The notes below the pieces were generated by a model. That model did no database searches. It was given only the letters and a program-made list of their open reading frames with translations, and was not told where the DNA came from. Below, piece by piece: positions 27,113 to 38,317 of a DNA stretch of 64,000 nt. The position numbers and the translations under genes were made by a program. The stretch is from Octopus vulgaris (Eukaryota). Position 1 is the first letter of the stretch; every line of letters starts with the position of its first letter. The stretch covers positions 83,824,001 to 83,888,000 of the forward strand of contig OX597819.1 of the NCBI GenBank assembly GCA_951406725.2. Direction: 5' to 3'.

Positions 27113-27609
27113 GACATTGAGTAAATTCATCTGGTTGAAAACTGATGAAAAATTAGGGACTTTCTACTCCTGTCTTCCGTCTACTTCTGCACTCAGTATG
27201 CGTTATACATTTTTACTTCTTGTTTGTGTATTTATAATACATTTCATCCCAGCTTAATTTAATTCGTCCTTAGTCGAAAGACACCTGTTGTTAATGTCCT
27301 GTTATTTGTATTTGTGTACCATTTCTCCATTTTTTTTCTTCCCGTCCTTGTTTTCGTATATATTCGCTGCTTTCTTCCAAGGAATATAGTGCTCTTAGCT
27401 CAGTTTTTCCCTGGGGCTGGCCAGATTGAGGCAGTCTCTAGTATAGCCAGCCGAAATTGCAAAGATAATCTGGAACTCGACTGAGGAAAGAAAACTCCGA
27501 ATGGCCCGTCCTTATTTTCTTTGTATCGTCTGTCTGGATGTTTTGTTGTCCCTTTTTTGTATCACCTAACTGTCTGGATGTTTTGCGTTCTTGTCCCATT
27601 TTTGCATTT

Positions 27610-27640
<31 letters not shown>

Positions 27641-27658
27641 TATATATGTGTGTGTGTG

Positions 27659-27701
<43 letters not shown>

Positions 27702-28578
27702 CTATATATATATATACTATATATATGTATTGTGTATATATATATTTGTGTGTGTGTGTGTGTGCATATTCTACAGCAGATCCAAAAGTGATGCCCCTTT
27801 AGAAGTGCCGTCATAGGCGGATCGCCACTACCGCCCATCTACGCTAATGATTCAAGTATTGCATCTCTAGAAGTATGTTGGATTTGTATTTTTAACGAAC
27901 CTGTAAAGACACAAGGGAAAGTCAACGGCATCGTCAATTCAACTCCGAGACGTCACATGCATGGCTATCTAAATAGTATATAGAATTTTTATATAATACT
28001 GCTAATTATTTTTTCAATGACAATTGCTACATGTTTGATATACACATATATTCTTTGTGATAATAAGACCCATATTCATTCATAGCGGTTCCGGAGAAGA
28101 CATTTTCATTTAATGCTTTTAATTAAGACGGATAAGCTGCGTGATGCCTATGTAGTTTCAAATTTTTTATCTATCACCTGTTTCAGTCATTGGACTGCTG
28201 CTATGATGGAATAACGCCTTCAAGGGTTTTAGTCACACAAATACACGCTAGAATGTTTTTTTTTCTATCTAGTACGTATTCTATCCACTTTTTGCCGAAC
28301 CGCTTTATTGGTGATGAGGGCGTAAACATACCAACACCGGTTGACAAGCTGTGGTGGATGGACAAACACAAAGACACAGACAGATAACATACATACATAC
28401 ATACATACATACATACATACATACATACATGCATACATACATACATACATACATACATACATACATACATACATACATACATGTATATTACTCAGTTTCG
28501 CACCGTGCGACATTGAGTAATTTCATCTGGTTGAAAATTGATGAAGAATTAAATACTTTCTGTTTCTGTCTTCCGTCC

Positions 28579-28663
<85 letters not shown>

Positions 28664-28666
<3 letters not shown>

Positions 28667-31014
28667 GTCTCTGCTTCACGAATAATATGGACATCGCTCA
28701 TGATGTGAAAGTGATGCTGACGTTAGTCTCGGATCACAACATAATAGAGCTGTCTATGTTTGGACCGAAAGTAACCAGAGACATACAGCTTAAAGGAAGC
28801 ACCCGAAATCTCTCCAATCTGAGCTTCCACAAAGTATGCTGGAAATCGATGCAAAAAGAGATCCTCAGACAGAACTGGCCGAAATGTCTCTCCACACCAG
28901 ACATTGGCATGAAACTAGAATGTATCATGTATGTTGTGCAAGTTATATGCCAGAAATATGTTCCAGGGCACAAGTCCAAAACAAATACGAACAAGATTAC
29001 AAGGAAGAGGAAGATCCTCATGAGACGATGGGCGAAGGTTGCAAATCGACTCAACCAACATCCCAAAAGTAGCGAAATGTCTCGCCTAAAAGCAACACTG
29101 ATGGAGATTGAAAAAAGGCTGCAACCTAAAGGCCTTCTTTCATTACGAGAAAGAAACAGCCTCAGCACGCTGTAAGATAGGATCCCTCTTCTAAAAGGAT
29201 GGCTCCCTCACAGACAGTCCAACCAGGATCAGTGAAGTGCTGAATGACCAGTTCAAAAGTGTCTTTACCACCTCGTTGGAACACAGACAAGTGAACGAAC
29301 CAGTGGACTTCTTTGCCGCCTCACCTGTAACCAGCGAGGCAGTTACGATGGAATACATCGACATTAGAGAATATACTACTAGCCATAGATGAAGTGGACA
29401 CAAGCTCAACTGCTGGTCCTGATGGTTTCTCAGCAATCCTTCTCAAATCCTGTAAGCGTGCTCTGGCAAAACCCCTCCAGATTCTCTTCCAGAGCTTTCT
29501 TGCAAATGGCAGACAGCCAAGCAAGCTGAAGGAGGGAATCATATGCCCAATCCATAAAAGGGGAAGCAGAGCAGATACCAAAAACTATAGGCCTATCTCT
29601 CTGGCTTCACACATCAGCAAACGGATAGTCAGAGGGAAACTAATCGCATTCCTTGAAGAAAATAACTTGCTGAGTGATACCTAGCATGGTTTTCGACCAG
29701 GTGGGAGCTGCTTGACTCAGCTCCTACAACATTATGACTGAGTGTTGTGGCAGTTACTCAACTACTCAAATGTGGACATAATATACCTTGATTTTGCAAA
29801 AGCTTTTGACAAGGTGGATCATGGTATGATATGCCATAAACTGCGTGATCTTGGCATAGCTGGAAAACTTGGAGAGTGGTTACATGACATTCTGAAAGAT
29901 AGAAGTCAGGCAGTAGTGGCCAATGGAGCCAACTCAATGAAAACACAAATAGTAAGCGGTGTGCCACAGGGCACTGTCTTGGGCCTGCTTTTCATAGTGG
30001 CTCTTTCAGATATGCCCTCAACCGCCCGGATAGCCACCCTTGCAAGCTACGCAGACGATACGAAAGTCTCGCAGAAAATACAGAACCTCAGCGATGTTGC
30101 ACATTTGCAGCAGGAGTTGGACTCAATTTATAGATGGGCTGAGGATAATAATATACAGTTTAATGCTGAAAATTTCAAGCCCTCCGCTACCAGCGTCCAA
30201 AACTGAATATGAAACTTACAGAGTACACTGGTCCCCAGGGAATTACAATCCCAGAGCTTAAATCAGTCAGGGACCTGGTTATCGATATGAGTGATAATTC
30301 CTCTTTCCAAGTGCACATTACCAGGATGGCCACAAAGTGCAGAAGACTGGATGGATGGATCCTGAGAACATTCAGAACCAGAGATAAGGAAACCATGATG
30401 GTCCTCTGGAGGACATTCGTCTTCAGCTGCCTGGATTACTGCTCCTAGCTATAGTCACCCAACAGTGTAAAATTAACAGCAGACCTTGAAGCAATCCAGC
30501 GAGCTTCACAAAGAACATCGTTTCCTTGCAACACCTCAGCTCCTGAGAAAGGCTGAAACAGCTAAGGCTCTACTCCCTGGAGCGATGGCAGGAGAGGTGC
30601 GCAGTAATATACCTCTCGAAGATCCTGGAAGGAACTGTGCCAAATTTTGGCATTGAAAACTACACCAATGTCAGAACGGGTCGACACTGCACAGTGCCAA
30701 AGATCTCAGCAATGCCATCGCACTTCAGGACAAGTTACTGCAACAGCCTGGGTTTCAGGGACACCAGCTTTTTAATATTCCCCCAAAGCGTCTGAGGAAC
30801 TTGCACAAAGTAGATGTAGGCGCTTTTACATCAAGGCTGGACCTCTTCCTGTCGAGAGTTCCAGACGAACCTACCTCACGGCAAGAGGTGCAAATAAGAG
30901 TAACTACAACAAACTCCATTCTACACCAAGTGCTACATATTAAAGAAGGATCTCAGTAATAACAGTGTAGCAAAACGGCGGTGCTCCAGCATAGCCTCAG
31001 CTCGGAGCTGAAAC
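28664..31014 (+). pseudogene. 5'-truncated, decayed CR1-superfamily LINE ORF2 (end of AP endonuclease, reverse transcriptase, 3' tail)
   Basis: SDHNII, AGPDGFSAILLK, PIHKRGS...NYRPISL, YLDFAKAFDKVDHG, SGVPQGTVLG, YADDTK, WILRTFRTRD. In-frame stops at 29173, 29682 and 29739 plus frameshifts. Flanked by (TA)n and (CA)n. Confidence 0.93.
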
Positions 31015-31039
31015 TACAAAACGAACACACACTCACACA

Positions 31040-31099
<60 letters not shown>

Positions 31100-31104
<5 letters not shown>

Positions 31105-31260
31105 TATCTTCATACATAAAATCGTTCCGTCTGTCTGTCTGTGCGCTTATAACACGAGTATTGTTCATCCGATCGCACTGAAATTTTAGATATGGATACA
31201 TGAGAGACCTGGGCGTTCCGTAATCTAAAAAGATTTTCAAAACCGTTAGTTATATATAAA
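31100..31260 (+). mobile_element. Helentron/HINE-like end fragment
   Basis: atcttcatacataaaa...(tgtc)n...catccgatcgcactgaaatttt pattern. Confidence 0.4.
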
Positions 31261-32029
31261 TATACCAATAAGAGAATGGAGAGGATCAAGAGGTGAGATA
31301 TATATATATACTAAGTGCTTGCTAAGTCTCCAGCTATCAAATTCTTTAACAAGGCTAGGGGGCATAGTGGAAGGCACGTGGTCAATGTGCCGCACAGTGA
31401 GACTGAATCCAAAATCACTCACCCGTGCCTGTGCCTCACATGAACCCTCTTCTTTTTATTATTTTTTTTTTGTCGTTTCTTATTTTATTCACATTTAGGT
31501 ATATTTATAGGAATACAAATCCAGCTCACTATTTGACTGGTACTTTATTTTAACGACCTCGGAAGGATAAAATGCAAAGTTAACCTCAGCGGGATTTGAA
31601 CTCTGAACTAAATACCGCTAAGGCATTTTTCTCGACTACTACTACTACTACTACTACTACTGCTGCTGCTGCTGTCGCTGTTAGTGCTGCTATAATCCCT
31701 ATGGAACCTCTCAGCAGCTATTCAAACTAAGCCGTTGAGAATATTTATGTCTTGACGTCGGACATATCGCACTGCTGGTAACCGAATACCAACTCCTGTT
31801 CTTTCAGCTGGTTCGGACATATAGTAGTGCTTCCATCCATTCAGCTGGTTCGGACACATAGTAAACGCTGTCAGCTGGCATCCCAATCTGCACTCATATT
31901 CGTCTCGGTTTATCTGCAACGTGTATTTACTATGTTACCAAATATATAAAAAAAGGTTACACGCGCCCCGTCCCCTCCATATGCATACTCAGGCAGGCAC
32001 GTAGTCAACGTATCACACGTTGTGACTAT

Positions 32030-32270
<241 letters not shown>

Positions 32271-35200
32271 GGGTTTAAAATTGAGATCTAAATGGTTATA
32301 GATCGATGGAAAGATAGACTGACTGAGAAATAGAAACAGATAGAGAGATAGCTAGACTGAGAGAGACCTTAGATATCGAAAAGTTCTTATGTTCCTGCCT
32401 CTCGCTAAAACAAAAATAAAAACTGAACAAACGAGAGAGCTTGTATGCGTTCACTCGACTTGCTAGAAATAGTAGCCAAATTTCTCTCAGATCACACATT
32501 GTCTGAACTATGTATTCGCTGATATACAAACATACCAATAGTTACGGTTGGAATGGCTTTGTTCATAAGTCTGCTCTGGTCTATTTGATAGACAGAAACA
32601 ACAACATACGAAAAACAACGAAAAAGAGCTCGAGGGAAAGACGAATATATAACATAGAAACGTATATATTATTGTTGTTGACAATGTAGTTTCCCCCGAA
32701 AACCACGTTAACGTTCGTTTCTACCATATTCCTGGCAACAACATTTGCTAATTCCCCTGAGATCCTCCCTTGTTTGGCTATTTTCCCATTCATAAAAATA
32801 GTTCGATGCCTTCCACTTATGGGTAATGTTTTTTGTCATTTTTTTTTTTTTGCTTTCATTTTCGGGTCTTAATTTTTTTTATTAGAATATGTATAGAAAA
32901 GAGAAAGAGAAAAAAATAGAGACGGGTCAATGAACTCATCTGCTCGGACTTTGATAAACATAACAAAATGTGTAATGTCCTGCTTATAAACTTAGGCAAT
33001 AACGAAGATAAGGAATATGCTGCCCCAGATCTCATCATTCGGTACCGAATTCGTCCTTACTATCCCCTAAAGTCTGTAGATCCAGAATGGTTCCCAAAAT
33101 CTATCAGGTGACATGTCTTTGTAGGGGAAATCTCACTCTCTTTTGGACTTCACAAAAGAATACATCATCGTCATCATTACCATCTTCACATGACCACAAA
33201 ACTCATAGGGAAACGGGAGACTCGTAGTATTTTGAAATAGTAATAATGTCTTACGGAAAGTACATGTTGTCTTCAACCAAGAATCGAAACTCGGTCGCTG
33301 GGAATTTACCACTTACTCATTGGCACGTATCATAAACTGGTATCCATATAACCTTATACATTGAGTAGGAAAGAGACAAGATGCTGTGATGTTCATGCTC
33401 TTGTAAAAATCGTTTGCGAGTGAGGTGAAAGAAATGATGCCCATTGACGATCGTAATCAGTTACCCGGGTCTCTTACGAAACTATAAATGAGTATACATT
33501 TTTGCCAGTATATTTATTAGTTGTTGTATAGCCCCCGGTTCTATCGTGATCGGGCACACTTATGACGGAAAGCATAAGCATTCCAGTTGTGACCATCCTG
33601 TAATATCTAAGACTGCATTGTCCAATATAACCTTCCATTTTTAAGACCGTAGTGATTTGATGAAGATGTGGATGCTTTTGCTAACAGGTCGTGAGACCAG
33701 TACAGCACACCCCTACTCTACGAACTACAAGTGCATAAGAAGTTGGAAAGGAGTGCAGTTATGCTAGAAAAATTAATGAATCTTTAATTTAACATTAAAC
33801 AACTGTTCATACGGCTTAAACAGACAGACAGGCAGATATATAGAACTTTGCCTGCGATCAATTTCGAATTTAAATGCAGGCAAAGTTTTTCCCGCAGGTC
33901 TCCCTATATCTAACGTAGAGGCTTCTTTGTTGGGTCATCTATTAATTACTTATGTTTAATAGTTCATATGTGTACGTGTGTCTGTGGTGTTTTGTGAGAA
34001 GTATTTTTTTTTTATCAGCAATTGTAAGTGGTGAAAGCAAGCGAATGTTTACAAGACAAGAGAACTTAATTCGAAGCTTTTGTGAACAACCGAGCTAGTT
34101 AAATACAAATAGTGGTAACTTCAAATCAGCTAGTTAACATAACGTCTGGCATTAAACAAATATAATACATTATCAACACAATAGTCTGACATGGACACCG
34201 AGCGCGGAGTGAATGGATGGAGAGAAGAAAGAACGAATGAGGAGGGAAGGACAGAAATAATGTCCGAAAAATAAATTCTGAATAGCATTCGCTTATTCTA
34301 TCTGAAATTAAATGGTGAGCCATCCAACCATTTTCACAGAACATTGCTATTATATTCGTTGTTGAGCTATGATTAAAGTCATTCCAGGAGTGACCATCCC
34401 ATCTTTATTTCAGATGTTGTATATCAAAAACTACATAATCCTTTTCTTAAGACGCTAGCGTGTGATTTAAGGGAAATTTGGTTGCTGCTATTTCTAACAA
34501 GCTACGCAAGTGCATAGAGGCTCACTCCCTTGTTCATATAGCAGGTCAACCCTAATCAAAAGTACACCTATGATCATAAAAAAGCATTTCAACCATGACA
34601 TCGCATCTTTTATTTATGCAACGTGTATCCACTACTACGTTATCTAGTGTAATCTTGAATATCAGTTTTTTTAAAACAGTAAGGCAATTTAGCTGTTATT
34701 TCTAACAGACCGAGTAACCACGTAGAGGCTGCGTTGTCGGCTCGTTATTGTTGTGGTATAATGTTGCATTATTTATGCCCAGATAAGCCCTGATTGAGTA
34801 CTACTATGATTAAAGGTATTTTAACCGTAACGATTCTTTCTTTCTCTCTCTCTCACTCTCTATCTAGCTATCTATCTATCTTTCTCACTCTGTATCTCTC
34901 TCTCCTCTCTGTCTGTCTTTTTTTTCTACTACGATATAATGTATCTAAGTCTAAATTATTGCAACCTTCCGATTTGCAAACAAACAATAGGGTATGAAAT
35001 TTGGCTGCTATTTCTGTCAAATCAAGCGACCACAGCGAGGCTGTTGTTGCTATTGTAGTCATAGTGGTGACAGACTACGAAGCGAATGAACATTTGGTAA
35101 ATGAAGACCTGACCTGAACCTAAACACGGTACATGAGCATCAGAATTAATAAGAAATATTAAGTCAAGAGCAAATAGGAAGAGAAAAGTATGGTTTCTAA

Positions 35201-37842
35201 TATTTTTATAATAGTTTAAGGACGTATTGTCAAATTTCAATATGATAAGCGTATTTTCTTAAGCATTGAAATACAATCTTAGTTCGGATATGTTAGGTCT
35301 TTGCTCCCTTTAGTCTGTTTGGGTTCAGGGTCCGATACATAAGGACTAAATGATGATTATTAATTAAGCTGAAAAGTTTTAATAGACAATCTAATGCTCG
35401 TTATTAAGTGCACAGTGGATACATTTCAATTCAACAGACTCTTGTGAAAGCAGTGTAAGGTGTTAATGTTAAAAGTTTTATCATTTCTATCCGTTGTATT
35501 AGTATTGTAAACACTTTAATCTTGTCCAGAAACAGTACTTCACGGACTTATTGGAGCTAATATGGGTGAGGCAGACACTCACACACATACACACAGCTAT
35601 GACTCACTTATGCTGCTTAGTAGTATCAGTACTACTAACTACACCAGCCCACAACACAGAAGTAGCTTGCATATATATATATTTTTTTTTTCTTTAAAGA
35701 TTTAATATGAGCGAATATTTATAGAGAAAAAGTATTCATTCTCTGTCACTCTCATTTAATAATGGTTAAAATATTATAGAAGTAAAAACAATTCTAGTAC
35801 CAAGTTTCTTGTTTATTAAACTTATATAATTTTATTTTACACGAAAACTCGATGTTGTAACTTCTATATGGTCTAACATGGTGAACTTTGGGTCCACGGC
35901 CAAACGATTGTACGTGTATATCTGGTACGCACGCACACACACGCATATGCATTTCTAATTCACTACATAGCCCAGATATAAAATACACATGCACGTACAC
36001 ACATGTGAATGTATTTCACGCGTACCAACTGGATATAAGAATATAAAGGAAAAAAAATAACGTCGTAAAATTAATAGTCGCAACATTTCGTTCTTGACTT
36101 GGAACGTGTTACTTATTCCACAACGTATGTGCCGTGTGCATGTTTATGAACCAGTAGAGCATAGAAAGTGCATAATATGGTTATGTGTATGTATGGATGC
36201 GTGCGCGCGCTTGCATGCGTAGTGAATGATATAAAATATACTTGTGTATGTGTGTGTTTATAAGTAATGGAAATGTATCCCTGTACGAGAACTTTTCGTA
36301 ATGTTGATAAGCATTGGCATACAAATATCTGTCTAGTGAACAAGCATGCTTGTTCACAACAGATCGGCAATAATCGATCAGACCTATGATCAAAGGCATT
36401 TAAATTATAACCGTCCCATCTTATTTTCATGCATTCAACACCTCGAGTTTACATTATCTAAACGTGTTCCTGGGAATTTGGCAGCTATTTTTAGCAGTTC
36501 AAGCAACTGCGTACAAGTTCTTTCGTTGACTTGAAAGCAAAGGGATGCATTTTTAGAAAAGGGTTAGGAGAATATATTCAAGGGTCCCATACAAGGCTTT
36601 CATAGAAGTATTATAGGCCCGCGGGCAAAACAATGCACTGGAGCCAATAATATTTATTGACAGCAAACCACTGCATAGATTAGCGTTGGGTCGCTAGATT
36701 CGTGCGGTGTCCTGGTCAACCCCTCAATGTGCTTCTTACACCTTGAAACAAGACTGGTCCCACATAAACGTAAAATGAAGTAAAGCTTCAAGAAATACAT
36801 TTACTGTAATCATTAGTTGTTTATTATATACTACCTGTTTGCAATCTGTGTCATTTTATTTGGTAATGTTTATAAACACTTGACATATTTGTTAATTTAA
36901 TATTAAACCCATTTACTGTTTACTAAATTCACCAATGAATACTAAGGGAGAGGATACATGAAATTGGAGACGGGTGTGTGTCGAATGAGACAGAAAACCG
37001 AAATATTAACATCATATTCAGACTAGAGATATTTTTGCTTTAAATTGTTTCCTATTTTGTTTTCAACGAAATTGTTTTCCGTTTATTAATAACAGGAATC
37101 GTTCCAGAATATTCAGTACCTTAGGCTAGCTAACCTACAGTGTACTTCGACTTAGCTTTTTTTTTTCTTTTTATTCTTCTAAGTGATTTAAAAATTCACT
37201 TTGCAGCCACATGATTTCGGAGTCAGTGTCACTGCGCGGCACTTTGGGCAAGTGTCTTCTAGTACAGCTCCGGGCTGACGAATGCCTTGTGAGTGAAAAC
37301 GGTCGACGGAAACTGTGTGGAAGCCCGTCGTATATATGTGTTTGTGTCTGTGTGTGTATGTGTTTGCGTTTGTCCCTCGCTTGATAACCAGTGTTAGTTT
37401 GTTTACGTCACCTTTAGTTAGCGATTCGGAAAAAGAAACTAATTGAATAAGTTCGAGACTTTAAAAAGTAGTGGCTTGAGTTGTTCGACTTAACTATAAC
37501 AGAGATGCCCCAGCTTGAAAACAAGTAAAAGATAAGCGATAAAAGAACCAATGTCCCTTTTTGCATGAACTGAAAATTGTAGTAATACACGGGACATATT
37601 TTCCATCACTGCAATAACTATGAATCAAAAGTCTCCCTGTGCCATGAAGTTCGTCATCTTAGAATGGTATTTTACTATCTTCCATGAAAAAGTGTGTACA
37701 ACGTTCATCATCAGATATAAAATAAATCGTATAACAAAAGTAAAAGCATCTGATTCCTTTCGGTTGCGGGAGAAGTTTTGCTAAGATCATGGATGAAAAA
37801 AATCTGGTGAGTCCCAATACGGCTTCATAACTGCAACGCATC

Positions 37843-38026
37843 GTCTTTTACCTTTTACTTGATTCAGTCATTATATTGCGGCCATACTGGAGCACCACCT
37901 TCAAGAGTTTAGTCGATTTTATTATTTTAAAGCTTGATGCTTATTCCATCCGTCCCTTTTGCCGAAGAGTTAAATAGCAGGGGCATAAACAAACTAACAC
38001 CGGTGATGGAGGACAAACACAAAGAC

Positions 38027-38030
<4 letters not shown>
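37843..38030 (-). mobile_element. 3' half of a SINE-A copy; the matching 5' half is at 42609-42752
   Basis: Reverse complement of the SINE tail (ttcagtcatt...gcggccatactggagcacc), running into the internal (TA)n. Confidence 0.7.
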
Positions 38031-38071
<41 letters not shown>

Positions 38072-38087
38072 CACGCGCGCGCGCGCA

Positions 38088-38300
38088 CACTGGGTGTTCA
38101 AAAAGTTTCTCCGCAGTGAATTTTTTTTCATCCAAGATGCATGTCAAAACATGTGTAGAAGAGTAAACTTATGTATTGAAAATGAAAGACGAAACTTTCA
38201 ACACTTCTTTTAAAGTCTTGTAAAGTCTAATATATTCTTTTGTGGTCTTATACCATCTTATAAATATTTATTTTGCAATAAAATACTTACTACGGAGAGA
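38088..38300 (+). mobile_element. Tc1/mariner-like remnant
   Basis: gggtgttcaaaaagtttc TIR-like start. Fragment RRVNLCIENERRNFQH resembles mariner C-termini. Confidence 0.4.
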
Positions 38301-38317
38301 CATATATATATATATAT

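Noticed and set aside
25911-27510. Weak hammerhead-like scraps at 25911-25934 (minus, cagatga...gaaacgtc) and 27481-27510 (ctgagga...cgaa)
   Set aside because: Stems are missing; too degenerate to call.
28351-29175. 274-aa ORF as an intact gene
   Set aside because: Chance fusion of SINE, microsatellite and the start of the decayed LINE.
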